Virus record (IMG/VR): IMGVR_UViG_3300027772_001865
Location: 17,427 to 81,426 of that record
From: a virus
Taxonomy: Duplodnaviria > Caudoviricetes
Reading direction: 5' to 3' (one strand)
DNA length: 64,000 nucleotides
A program made the translations under genes and the position numbers. Within the stretch, counting starts at the first letter, position 1; each line of letters begins with the position of its first letter. This document shows positions 30,367 to 41,200 of the stretch, in pieces. The notes under the pieces are model-generated. The model did not search any database. It was not told the origin of the DNA and saw only the letters and a list, made by a program, of their open reading frames with translations.

Positions 30367-31647
30367 ATGGACAATAAAAGAGTTTTCCCAATTAACACCA
30401 ACACAGGGTGTTTGTTAAAATGGGCATGGTCCACAGTGTTTCTTCGCCAGGGCACAAGTTCCAGTTGTCATAGAACAGATCAAGCACCAATACCCCCAGG
30501 AGATTTTTCCAGTTTTCATAACTTGCCTAACAAAGTTGCCGCACGTGAATTGATGTTGCAAGGCGGTTGGCCACAGGGCGGATGTCAGTATTGTGAAAAG
30601 ATTGAAGCCGCAGGAGGCATGAGCGATCGGCAGTATCAACTGCATGCCGGACATGACCATGACCGTACTCCAAGAGAGCTACTTCAAGATCCCACACAAA
30701 CAGAAGTTGTACCCACCATACTAGAAGTGTATTTTAACAATACCTGCAACATGAGTTGCTTGTACTGTGGTAGTCATTTTAGTTCAAAGTGGGAAGAAGA
30801 AAACAAAAGGTTTGGCATGTACGAGAACCAGCCCAAGACCGTGGCATTTGGCTGGGACACCAAACAACCAGACCTAGACTATGATAAGATGCTAGCTGAT
30901 TTCTGGAAATATCTCCACGATAAAGATAGATATCTACACATTAGACAATATCAAATTGCTGGTGGCGAGCCATTTCATCAAGTGGAACTGGAAGCCAGTA
31001 TAGACTTTTGGGATAATCATCCCAATCCAGAACTGACATTTAACTTCATTACCAATTTAAAAGTCACTCCCAAGAAGTTTCAATCCACAATTGACCGACT
31101 GGGTCGCATGGTTGATCAAGGCAAGCTCAAACGTGTGCAAATTAGTTCAAGCCTGGATGCCTGGGGACCGCAACAGGAGTACGTGCGTTGGGGATTAGAT
31201 TTGGCAGAGTGGCAGGAAAACTTTGAATATTGCCTGGACAAGCCATTTATTCAACAGTGTATCAATTCAGCCATCAATCCATTGACTGTAAAAACCATGC
31301 CCGAGTTGATTCAGAAAATGAATGACTGGAATGATCGATGTTCAGACAACAAGCAAATTGCCTACAGCTTTATGACTGTGATGGCACCAAATTGGATGGA
31401 TCCTGCTATCTTTGGCGCAGGCGTGTTTGAACAAGACTTTGAACAAATACTTGCCGCCATGCGAGAAAACACTGACATGGAACGCAGTGCCAAACATCAC
31501 ATGGAAGGCATTGGCCGACAAATTGCTGCCGCGCCACGCAACATCGAGTTGATTAACGGATTAAAAGATTATGTTACTGAACTTGATCGCCGCAGAGGAA
31601 CCCAATGGCAGGAACTATTTCCCTGGCTTGATCAGGACTGGAAATAA
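30367..31647 (+). CDS. Radical SAM protein with N-terminal twitch-like module, 426 aa
   Basis: CLLKW...SSCHR...CQYCE, then CNMSCLYC and IAGGEP. Confidence 0.85.
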   Translation: MDNKRVFPINTNTGCLLKWAWSTVFLRQGTSSSCHRTDQAPIPPGDFSSFHNLPNKVAARELMLQGGWPQGGCQYCEKIEAAGGMSDRQYQLHAGHDHDRTPRELLQDPTQTEVVPTILEVYFNNTCNMSCLYCGSHFSSKWEEENKRFGMYENQPKTVAFGWDTKQPDLDYDKMLADFWKYLHDKDRYLHIRQYQIAGGEPFHQVELEASIDFWDNHPNPELTFNFITNLKVTPKKFQSTIDRLGRMVDQGKLKRVQISSSLDAWGPQQEYVRWGLDLAEWQENFEYCLDKPFIQQCINSAINPLTVKTMPELIQKMNDWNDRCSDNKQIAYSFMTVMAPNWMDPAIFGAGVFEQDFEQILAAMRENTDMERSAKHHMEGIGRQIAAAPRNIELINGLKDYVTELDRRRGTQWQELFPWLDQDWK

Positions 31648-32915
31648 GGCGCCCACTCGGGCACAACATCTGTCAGCTTCTTTTTGCTCACAGTGTCTTC
31701 AAGTCGAATATGCTCAATGAACTGTGGCAGATAAGCAGGTTCATATGGTGTTGATTCTATCACACTGATCACACGATCCACCAACTGGGTATAGTAAGTT
31801 TCATATATGGCCGTTGTGTTTGCAAAACGTTCTCGGCCTGCACGTAACCTACTCAGTGCAATTTCACGTAGCTCAGGAGGAACAGCACCTTGACCCAGGT
31901 GATCAACTCTAAACACAGGACTGATGTTGATAAAGCTACCAGCTACATCTTCAGGATTGTGCGGACCAAACCCTGACTCGTAACACCAGTTGATAAAGTC
32001 CATGGCACTGAACACATTTATACCAGTTAACACATAGTTAACAACTGTGCTGATGTATTCATGATCCATCAGTTCCAGGGCATTAACACTTAGGCTGGCC
32101 CATTTGGCACCTCTACGTTGGTACTCAATTACATCACCAATGCCATCAATGCTGACATTGTAGATGACCTGTTTGAACTTACGAAACTTTTCATCCAGTG
32201 CAGATGCACTGCTACTAGCATTTGTCAAAAGTGTAATGAGAATATTTTTGGCTAGATCTTTTTCTATTAGATAGTCCATTATTTCATGTACTTGGCTTTG
32301 CAGTGCAGTTTCACCGCCAGTGAAGTTGATCAATTGTACTTTGTCCAGCACTGAATAAAAGTCTGGATCAGCCACATTGAGTACAATTTTTTCTTGTTTC
32401 TTCATCACTTGCACTTCAAATGTTTGACGCTTGCTAGATGCACCACCAGCACACATCACACAAGAATAGTTGCAGTAATTGCTGGGATAATAGTCCAGGG
32501 TAATAATGTCATGCACATTGTAGTCATCATTGATGATTTGGTAAACTTCTGACACAATGTCTGACTGCAAAAACTGTGCAAGAAATTTATTATTCTGTTG
32601 CCTAGGGCTTGACACGCCAGACTTTTCGTTATAACTACAAGATCTGCAGTCATAGATGTCGTGAAACTTGTCTTGAATAAAATCTTGTCGCATTTGTTTC
32701 CATACTGGTGCATTGCGTGTGTCATGTATACTGTCGTTTGTGATGTTCCATTTGTTCATGTCATCGGCCATGACAATACTGCAAGGACGCACACTGTTGG
32801 GCATGCCTTCTTGAGCAATGGGAATGACATTGTTGGTTTGATAAAAAGCCCCAAAGAATGGATACAAACAAATGTGCTCTCCTAATTCTTGATATATGTT
32901 GTCTAAGTCGTTCAT
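31632..32915 (-). CDS. Radical SAM protein (twitch-rSAM), 427 aa
   Basis: CLYPF...VRPCS...CRSC, then CNYSCVMC and FTGGET. Confidence 0.8.
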   Translation of the reverse strand: MNDLDNIYQELGEHICLYPFFGAFYQTNNVIPIAQEGMPNSVRPCSIVMADDMNKWNITNDSIHDTRNAPVWKQMRQDFIQDKFHDIYDCRSCSYNEKSGVSSPRQQNNKFLAQFLQSDIVSEVYQIINDDYNVHDIITLDYYPSNYCNYSCVMCAGGASSKRQTFEVQVMKKQEKIVLNVADPDFYSVLDKVQLINFTGGETALQSQVHEIMDYLIEKDLAKNILITLLTNASSSASALDEKFRKFKQVIYNVSIDGIGDVIEYQRRGAKWASLSVNALELMDHEYISTVVNYVLTGINVFSAMDFINWCYESGFGPHNPEDVAGSFINISPVFRVDHLGQGAVPPELREIALSRLRAGRERFANTTAIYETYYTQLVDRVISVIESTPYEPAYLPQFIEHIRLEDTVSKKKLTDVVPEWAPYFQS

Positions 32916-33970
32916 TGAATTCTTTCTTTACAAAGAGCAATCAAGCTGGGATTGAAATTGATTGTGCTATCGGGCACGTCTACATGTTGTTTATAAATTG
33001 CCAGTAGATTGTTTACAGTAACAGCATGAAGCTCATGATCAACATTGCCAATTACATCGTGTTCAGTATAATTACTCCAGGTGCCCCAATCTTCTAACCT
33101 ATTGATAACTCCTCGGAATTGATAGCGATAACACAGGTCTACAAAATTTTGCATGTCGTTGTAGTTGTCTTTTTGCAGGACAAATTTTAATAGTACTTCT
33201 GACTTGGTCTGATCACACAATGTTCTCAAGTAATCAAAGTTCTTGATTAGTTGTGTAAATGTTCCGCCAAGCCTCACTTGCTCGTACACCTCAGCTGACC
33301 CAGCATCTATACTGATAAAATACTGTGTGATGTTGTTAATAATAGGAGAATCAGTCAATTGCTTTTCTAACAACAGCCCGTTTGTAAACAGTCTTATGGT
33401 TTGATTTTTCTTGGGTACAAATCTATGTATCAACGGGCGCATGATGTGGCTGGCCAATGGGTCACCATTTCCGGACATTACTATGTGTATCGGGTGCTCA
33501 AACTTTTCCAGCATGTCCACCAGGTGGTTGACCTGTGCTAGTTTACGATCAAAATCGCTGCCACTGCTGAGCATCACAGCAGATGGTCTGCAACTGGGGC
33601 ATCGTAGATTACAGCTTTCATCTATGTTGATTGAAAGATAATAGTCCTGTTGATGCACAGATTTATCCAGTACACCACACCGGTCTACAGCACAGTGAGT
33701 GAACTCTCCAGAATCTATGTCTTGTTGCAATAGTTTAGCAGACGGACTAACCCATACTTGATTTAGGTCAGTAAAATCAGATATGTTGCCCACTGATATT
33801 GGCAACCAAGCTTCGCATGAACACACAAAGCATTCTCCAGTCCAGTCTACCACAAGTTGAGTTGATGGAGCATTGCAATGATTGTTGATTTTTAATTTTA
33901 AATCTTTGTTTCTCAGTATTGATTTATAACTGTGTTGGTTTTGTATGGGAATAGTAAATTGATAACTCAT
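32912..33970 (-). CDS. Radical SAM protein, 352 aa
   Basis: CNLRCPSC and SGNGDP, with an N-terminal Cys cluster CNAP...CFVCSC...C..DRC. Start moved to 33970 (ATGA coupling). Confidence 0.8.
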   Translation of the reverse strand: MSYQFTIPIQNQHSYKSILRNKDLKLKINNHCNAPSTQLVVDWTGECFVCSCEAWLPISVGNISDFTDLNQVWVSPSAKLLQQDIDSGEFTHCAVDRCGVLDKSVHQQDYYLSINIDESCNLRCPSCRPSAVMLSSGSDFDRKLAQVNHLVDMLEKFEHPIHIVMSGNGDPLASHIMRPLIHRFVPKKNQTIRLFTNGLLLEKQLTDSPIINNITQYFISIDAGSAEVYEQVRLGGTFTQLIKNFDYLRTLCDQTKSEVLLKFVLQKDNYNDMQNFVDLCYRYQFRGVINRLEDWGTWSNYTEHDVIGNVDHELHAVTVNNLLAIYKQHVDVPDSTINFNPSLIALCKERIQ

Positions 33971-34983
33971 TTGCATCCCCCGCACATGTTGTTACATGCT
34001 ACCAATCTGCCTTCAGCATACGTGGGTTTGTCCCAGGTCTTTTCAACTTGATCAAACCATTCTAAACATTCAGCCATGGTGTACTTCAATGCGTTGTTGC
34101 GTGATATCAGCGGACGCAGTTGTGTGTTGACCACATTGAGATAGTTGGCACTACCGTGCCCGTAAGTTTTAGGGTTGAATCCAAGATAGCAACACGGATA
34201 CACTTCTCCAATGCTGTTGATATAAACTGTTTTGGTTTCAATGGCCTCACAAGAAATAGGAGTTTTAATTGGCTCAGGACATCCTGCAACATCTGCTATT
34301 GCATCAGGCCTAGCATACCGTTCATAAATGGTGTCAAAGTTTGTGAGATCTGTTGTGCCCATCACAAACACCAGTTTCTTATCAGAATCAAATACAGGTC
34401 CTACATTGCGTTTGTGATCAATCAATTCAAACCGTTCAAACCCCATGTCTATGCTGAGTTGCTCGGCTTGAGTTTGCTGATGTCTATTGTGATCAAAGTC
34501 AATCATTTTCCAAATGGCATGTCCGCCGGCAGCAATGAAAGTCTGTGCATTTCGAATCACAGTTGAATACATGGTATTGCGTCTGTATATGCTGTGAGTA
34601 TCCTCTAATCCGTCTAGACAAAAATATACCACGGCTAGTTTGGCCAGCTGTGTCCAGAACACACGATCCCTGGCACCGCCGTTGGTGTTTATAGTTATAA
34701 GAGCCTGATTGCCGAGATGTTGTTTGAAATATTCAAGTATTGGTATGGCGTCAAAGTTCATAACAATATCGCCGAAGTTACCATTTATTGTTATTTTATC
34801 AAGATGATTTAAAAACACAGGAGTGAATATCTTCTGTGCTTCTGCCAAGGTCATTGAGTGTTCTTCATAGCCATCATTGTGCGGATATCCGCACAAGTTA
34901 CGAGGACACTTGGGACATGCAGCATTGCACTCGCTGGATATTTCCAGATGTACTTTCCTAATGTCCTCTACTGCGTACAACAT
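33967..34983 (-). CDS. Radical SAM protein with C-terminal SPASM/twitch domain, 338 aa
   Basis: CNAACPKC and NGNFGD, with C-terminal C...INSIGEVYPCC...CNNMC. Confidence 0.85.
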   Translation of the reverse strand: MLYAVEDIRKVHLEISSECNAACPKCPRNLCGYPHNDGYEEHSMTLAEAQKIFTPVFLNHLDKITINGNFGDIVMNFDAIPILEYFKQHLGNQALITINTNGGARDRVFWTQLAKLAVVYFCLDGLEDTHSIYRRNTMYSTVIRNAQTFIAAGGHAIWKMIDFDHNRHQQTQAEQLSIDMGFERFELIDHKRNVGPVFDSDKKLVFVMGTTDLTNFDTIYERYARPDAIADVAGCPEPIKTPISCEAIETKTVYINSIGEVYPCCYLGFNPKTYGHGSANYLNVVNTQLRPLISRNNALKYTMAECLEWFDQVEKTWDKPTYAEGRLVACNNMCGGCK

Positions 34984-34986
34984 GCT

Positions 34987-36012
34987 TTACAGGTATGTTT
35001 CTAGGCCGCCACGACGACGTAGATCTTGTGTACAGCAAGAGATGCCACCATCCCAGAAGTAGCTGTGGCGCAGTTCGCTGATGATGGGGTTAATTCTATG
35101 CTTTTTGCAATAGTCAAACACTTCTTTGTTGTATGAACTAAAGATAACGTTCTCTTCGTCTAGTGCCAAGCAGTTGACATCAAACACAGTTTCGGCAACA
35201 AAGCCGGTCCATTTGTTTAGATACTTGTCCACAAAGTCTGTAAACTCAGCAGTAGGAGTTTGCCCCTGTACGTACCAAGCCCCTGGGCTTTGCTCGTACT
35301 TGAACTTGCCCACTTCCATGGCAGCCCAGATTGAGCTATCCCAGATCTTGCATACGTCCCAGCCCGGGAAGTCTTTGGCCAGATCCAAGTTAACATCGTG
35401 CTTGCTGGATAACAACACACCGGGCTTGAGAATAGCAAACACAGCATCGCCGTGACCGTCTGTGATAGCTTCGTGAATACGATAACCTTCGCCTAGTACA
35501 TTGTCCACAATCCACTTGGTTTGATCAGGACGCAAAAAGTCTGAGTTGTCAAAAAACACATCACGACCCACACGCACAATACAACTGGCACTTGCACCGT
35601 TTAATATACAATCTTCGTCCCAGCGACTATTGTGTGGATTAACAACTTGATCACCAAAGTCGGCACAGATATCATCCAGCTCTTCCATGTTGAGCACACG
35701 CAGTAGTTTGTCGCCTAATGTGATTTGCCAATCGCGTGGTGTCAGTGGCGGCAGCGGAGCACCTCCTCCTTCGGTCTGATGCCAGATAAACGAGTCTTTA
35801 CCAGGCAAGTTAGGGCGACGTACTCGAGCACCGTACTTCTCAATTGTCTTGCTCAAGTTGTCAAGATCTTCTTCAGTTTCGGCAAGAATTTGTTGTAGTT
35901 GATTACGCACTTGAGCATTGTCAATGAAATCAAAGTAATCTGGTGAGTAGGCGCGACCCACAATGACCTCTTCAAGAGGTTGCCAGCTGGTGTAAGAGTT
36001 AATTTTGTTCAT
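34987..36012 (-). CDS. Amidinotransferase (glycine/inosamine-phosphate amidinotransferase family), 341 aa
   Basis: WQPLEEVIVG, PRD, FFDNSD, HGD (catalytic His) and GGISCCTQDLRRRG (catalytic Cys). Confidence 0.85.
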   Translation of the reverse strand: MNKINSYTSWQPLEEVIVGRAYSPDYFDFIDNAQVRNQLQQILAETEEDLDNLSKTIEKYGARVRRPNLPGKDSFIWHQTEGGGAPLPPLTPRDWQITLGDKLLRVLNMEELDDICADFGDQVVNPHNSRWDEDCILNGASASCIVRVGRDVFFDNSDFLRPDQTKWIVDNVLGEGYRIHEAITDGHGDAVFAILKPGVLLSSKHDVNLDLAKDFPGWDVCKIWDSSIWAAMEVGKFKYEQSPGAWYVQGQTPTAEFTDFVDKYLNKWTGFVAETVFDVNCLALDEENVIFSSYNKEVFDYCKKHRINPIISELRHSYFWDGGISCCTQDLRRRGGLETYL

Positions 36013-37153
36013 GTAAGTTCTTTAATAAAGTATTTAATCTGTCCAGTTTCGTGGATTGAAATAACTGCTGGTTGTGCAGTATATCATCACAACAGCGTAG
36101 GAACATGCCGTGTGGATCTTGTTGGATGAGTTCAAGAGTATGTTTTACTTTTAACCACCGTTTAGTGTTGTCAGTTTCTAAATCGTATGTGTTGTCCAAT
36201 ACACTATCAAATGTTCTGTAACCTAGATCACGTAGGCATTGCAAACTACCTGTGGGTGCAACTAACACAAATGGTTGTGCATTCTTTATGGGTTTGAATG
36301 TTTTTTCTGTCAGAAATGTGCCACCTGAACCATCAGCATCAAAGTGTGTTTCGATTACAACATTGAAGTATGCATCTGTATAATGTTCAGGCACAGTGAG
36401 TGCATGGTTGTTGTGTTCATCCACTGTTAACGTATCGCATCGGTAGGGTCCGTTCTCTATGAATACATCTACAGCAACATTAGGCAGGCGTTCTATTGGA
36501 TTGTCTGCAGGATTATCGCCTAAAGGTAGTTCAGTGTTGTAACTCCATAAACTCTGTGCCAACATATTACTTTGTAGCAGGTCTGCCATTACAACTGCTC
36601 GCCACCATTTGTGTGTTCTGCTTAGTGCAACAAATGTGTATGGTCTTGATCTAGTATGAAACTCAACAGGTGCTACATACTGATTCCTGCGCCAAAACAA
36701 CAATTCATGATCAGGAAAATACGCAAAGCCTGGAATTGATTTGGCCGCGGTGTTGCCTGAAACAAACCTATAGCAGTTGATAGACAAGTTATGTTGCGCA
36801 CACAAGTAATCCAATCGTAGTTTGATGTTGTGCGGATTATCGCCTTCGTGATAGTAAAATATCACTGTGACCAGGCCTTGCTGAATTCTTTGCAGTAATG
36901 AGTCAGCAACAAGAGCAAAGTAATCAATAGCAAAATCAAAAAAACCCAAGCCAATTACATAATAGCCATTACCTTGGGTGATTAGATTGTATTGGTACCC
37001 ATGATCGTCCATGTGCCCGAATAATTCTGCAGGAGTGGTGTGCGGCCAATGTTGTCCAAACTCTCTCCAGGCCTGTGTGTACGGTCTAGCTTGGTGTTGT
37101 GCTAGCGCAGGATACGGACGACCTTTAACAATTGAATCAGCTACGAAGTTCAT
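35999..37153 (-). CDS. GT-B/GT10-like putative glycosyltransferase, 384 aa
   Basis: FNVVIETHF...FLTEKTFKPI...QPF...LRDLGYRTFD...DNTYD. Confidence 0.5.
   Translation of the reverse strand: MNFVADSIVKGRPYPALAQHQARPYTQAWREFGQHWPHTTPAELFGHMDDHGYQYNLITQGNGYYVIGLGFFDFAIDYFALVADSLLQRIQQGLVTVIFYYHEGDNPHNIKLRLDYLCAQHNLSINCYRFVSGNTAAKSIPGFAYFPDHELLFWRRNQYVAPVEFHTRSRPYTFVALSRTHKWWRAVVMADLLQSNMLAQSLWSYNTELPLGDNPADNPIERLPNVAVDVFIENGPYRCDTLTVDEHNNHALTVPEHYTDAYFNVVIETHFDADGSGGTFLTEKTFKPIKNAQPFVLVAPTGSLQCLRDLGYRTFDSVLDNTYDLETDNTKRWLKVKHTLELIQQDPHGMFLRCCDDILHNQQLFQSTKLDRLNTLLKNLHEQN
36031..36036 (-). promoter_or_regulatory. TAAATA late-promoter-like motif
   Basis: TAAATA 18 nt upstream of the amidinotransferase ATG, inside the upstream gene. 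Confidence 0.35.
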
Positions 37154-38258
37154 TCAGCATGTTAATCAGTTCTGGCCACAGGATGTTTTCAAGACCATTG
37201 CCATAAAAGTGTTCAAAGTTGTGTTCTACAATTGGCAAGCAAGCGCGATGTATTTGTTGACGTTCTGCTACACTAAGATTATCTAGATCTTTAAGTAGTT
37301 TAGTAACCTTTTCAACACGCTTGATGTCATCCGTTTCTTCATCATAGCTTTCGTCAAATACATCACCAAAGGTTCGGAATCCATAATTACGCATGTACTC
37401 CAAACTGTGTGCAGGAGCTACCAACACAAACGGCATTTCTAATGCAATTGCTTTGAATGTTTTTTCGGTAATGTGCAGTCGTTTGCCAAAGTACACAGTC
37501 TCTGTAGGCACATACACCAAACTGTCTTGTGCTTCTGTGTAGTTGCCTAACCAGCACGATGTCATAATTTGTGTCTCTTCTCCAGCAAACAATCTTGGCA
37601 ACTCTGCTGTCAAGAACACTTGCTCTATGTCAGGATATATGTTATTATACTTGAGTGCTATTTGCGAAATGTCCACATGCTCATAAGGACATATTCTAGG
37701 AGCCGAAATATAATTGTTGTCTAATTCATGTTTGAATACATTATACAAAAACAAAACTCTATGATCGCGTTTGCCCGCAACAATACGATTTGGGCTCATG
37801 AACGTATGAGTAGGCGATCTATCAGCGGCCCTGGGAATCAGAAAAGTTTTGTCGTAGCCGCGAAACCAATCTTTGCATGCCCATCCGTGATAAAAGTAGT
37901 AATGAGGCTTCCAACCATATATATTATTAAGTTCGTCAACGTATTCTCCCCTTTCACTAACAATCACATGTCCATTGACACCTCTGCTCTCTGCGTTAGG
38001 CGGTTTGCTCCAATATTGAAGATCTTCAGTCCTAAGTTTAACATCGTCAAACAGCGATTTATGAAGATCCAGGTGTATGGGTTCTTGATCATGCAAAAAT
38101 ACAAAATCAATTTCTTGAATATCATCTCTACCGTAGTTGAACAATGCATCCGGGTCACTGCGTCCTGGCGGATCACAAAAAAATGTTCTGGTGCCAGGGA
38201 TGTGTTGATTAATCCAGGGCCAAAAGGTATTATTATAAATTTCGTCTATTCTAATCAT
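37137..38258 (-). CDS. GT-B/GT10-like putative glycosyltransferase, 373 aa
   Basis: VPTETVYF...ITEKTFKAI...MPF...MRNYGFRTFG...DESYD. Confidence 0.5.
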   Translation of the reverse strand: MIRIDEIYNNTFWPWINQHIPGTRTFFCDPPGRSDPDALFNYGRDDIQEIDFVFLHDQEPIHLDLHKSLFDDVKLRTEDLQYWSKPPNAESRGVNGHVIVSERGEYVDELNNIYGWKPHYYFYHGWACKDWFRGYDKTFLIPRAADRSPTHTFMSPNRIVAGKRDHRVLFLYNVFKHELDNNYISAPRICPYEHVDISQIALKYNNIYPDIEQVFLTAELPRLFAGEETQIMTSCWLGNYTEAQDSLVYVPTETVYFGKRLHITEKTFKAIALEMPFVLVAPAHSLEYMRNYGFRTFGDVFDESYDEETDDIKRVEKVTKLLKDLDNLSVAERQQIHRACLPIVEHNFEHFYGNGLENILWPELINMLNELRS

Positions 38259-41200
38259 GTTTGATATTTTTTATTCAGGTAAGAAGCCGGGATTGTTTGC
38301 TCATGAGTGCGAGGCTGATAGTATTGAGCATGCACAACAATTGAGTCGTACAAGGTTCTTTTGGTTTGTAAATTACTTATCTGACTACACAGGCTTTGAT
38401 TTTCTTTGGGAGCCTGTACCGTGGCAAGCACAACAACGACACGCATGGTTAGACCAGTATCAATTTGATTCGGGTGTGTATCTTGTTCCTAAAAAAGGAT
38501 ATGCAGAAACAAATTATCATGCAGAGCCTCGAGTACATAGATTGCCTGATATTGATTATTGGCACATACCCAAATGGATTGATCCTGCCAGTATAGATTT
38601 TAGATGGGCGCCCGATCCCACTGATCCTCCTTACATATATGAGTTTCCTGTAGAATGGGATTGGGATAGAGTTGGTGGCCCGGAATATAGAATCCCAGGA
38701 GCAACTGATCGCAAGTATATAGACACATTTGTTACTCGCACACAGTCAGACAGAGACATGTGGAAAGTGTACGACAATGTATCCAGCACTGATACTGTAT
38801 TCAATTGGCATCCAAATCCGTTTGATCCGCCAATGATATATGTGTTTGGCAATCAGCATTGGCCAGCAGAAATACGAGCCAGTGTAGAATATCATGTACC
38901 AGGTGCCACTGTAAAAAAATACATGGACGATATACGCACAACACGATTGTCAGACAAGAACAAGTTTACGTGTTTGTATCCTTGTGAGTTTGACTGGTCC
39001 TGGGAACCAAATCCAGGAGATCCGCCCTACATCTATGTTTTTGGAAATCAGTGGTGGCCTGCAGAAAAGATGGCCACAGTTGAATATCATGTGCCGGATG
39101 CAATAGAGCGTAAGTTCATGGATCAGCCTGCGACCTTACTAAGCAACAAAAACAATTGGTCGGTGCCCGATAATGTTGATCCATTAAGTATTGATTATTC
39201 ATGGGTACCTGATCCTGGAGATCCACCTTATACCTATGTGTTTGGTAACCAGCACTGGCCTGGAGAAATAATGCCTACTGTGGAATATCATGTTCCGGGC
39301 GCAACTGAATGCAAATACATAGATTATATTCGGATAACACTTACAGAATGCATGGATAACTGGGAAATACTGGAAGAAATTGCACATGATGAATGGGATT
39401 GGAGTTGGATACCAAATCCTTTAGATCCTCCTTACATATATGTGTTTGGCAACCAATGGAACCCACCAGAATTTAAAGCCAGTGTCAAGTATGTTGTCCC
39501 GGGCGCCTCAGAAGTCAAGTACATGGATCGTCGAACACGTAGACTTCCGACTCCAAAATTGTTCAGACATAATCTAGCTGTTAGCAAGTTTGATTATTCC
39601 TGGGAACCAAATCCGTTTGATCCTCCCATGATGTATGTGTTTGGTAATCAGTGGAACTCAGCTGTACTAGAACCCACAGTGGTGTACAATGCAGGAGGCA
39701 ACGAAATCAAATATGTAGATGATATCATTGCCACAGTAGCACAAGATGTCAGCGCCTGGGAGTTGTTGGATGACATTGAATCATTTGATTACTCATGGAG
39801 ACCCAATCCTACAGATCCTCCTTACATATATGTGTTTGGTAATCAATGGCTTACCCCCGAACAGCGTCCTGCACTAAGATACTGTATACCAGACGCAACT
39901 GATATCAAGTACATGGATCATCCGCGAGCACAACGTCGTGGTGATCACACACGCTTTGTTCAGCACTATCCGGCATCGTTTAACTGGTCCTGGGAACCTG
40001 AACCTGGCAGCCCACCTTATAACTATGTGTTTGGTAATCAGTATTATTCTGCAGAAGTCATGCCCACGATAGAATATCGCATGAGTGGCGCAACAGAACG
40101 CAAGTACATGGATATTCCTGCACAATTATTACCGCATCACAGTAATCATTGGCACACACTTGTGGACTGTGAATGGGACTATACATGGCGCCCAGAACCA
40201 GGATCGCCGCCTTACATCTATGTGTTTGGTAATCAGTGGTGGTCAGCAGAAAAGATGCCTACATTAGAGTACCATATGGTCGGTGCCACTGAACGAAAGT
40301 ACATGGAAGGCCCATTGGCTACACTACCAATAGACATGTCTAATTGGAGTATTCCAAAACATATTGATTTGACTGACATGGATTTTTCATGGTGTCCTGA
40401 TCCTGGCGAACCGCCTTACATCTATCAGTTTGCAACACAACACCAAAAGACTGGTGGCCCACAGTATCGCATGCCAGGCGCTACAGAGTTCAAGTATGTG
40501 GACATGATGCGAGCTGAAGTTAAGAAAGAAGCCGCCCCTATATTTGAAATAGATCACTTGGATGGTGCCGCAGGGCAAATTCCTGATGTAGTTAAGCGAG
40601 TGCGTTACTTTGACAACTATCGTGATACGCTAATACGCTTGGCCAAGAGTCTAGTAGGTGAATATGAACATGTATGGGTGTGTAGCAGTATATGTGATTA
40701 CACTGACTTTGACTTTTCATGGCATCCAGAAACATGGCAATCAACAATGTTGCATGTGTTTCCATCAGACAAAGAAAAGTTTGGAGACACATTCTACATG
40801 CATGTGCCTACATTTGCTGAACGTGCAGAAAAGAAAGCCTTGTTGGAATGGTATAGTGTAAACTATGTGCCACGCCGGAGTGTGCCACGTAGACCCATGC
40901 CAGTGATCCTACACACAGCAGATTCGCATGTAGATGCAGTTAAAAACACAACATGGGCAGGACCACTTGCTACATTTACCACAACAGATTATGTTCCTGG
41001 CAACATGATTACTGTTCCGCTCTGGCGTAAAGAAACCAAAACTATTGTTCCATTAAGTGCAGGTGCATCAAGTGTTATTGTACCAAGAGTAGCAGTAGGC
41101 GACGTTCGTACACAGTTATATGATTATGCTTACATAGACAAAACACGTCGTATGTTAAAAGATCATCCCCTGGACATTGTGTTTATTTCGAATGGCGAAC

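Noticed and set aside
28890-36012. Saxitoxin-like cluster (SxtI carbamoyltransferase plus SxtG amidinotransferase)
   Set aside because: No SxtA-type PKS/aminotransferase fusion, cytidine-deaminase-like enzyme or Rieske enzyme. The context is glycosyltransferases and nucleotide-sugar enzymes.
37728-38264. 178-aa + strand ORF abutting the repeat gene
   Set aside because: Antisense to the 373-aa GT-like gene and in a different frame from 38257, with no motifs.
38599-40503. Periodic DNA repeats (about 195 nt) as a CRISPR array
   Set aside because: The repeats are degenerate at third codon positions and in frame within a protein. The period is too long and there are no cas genes.
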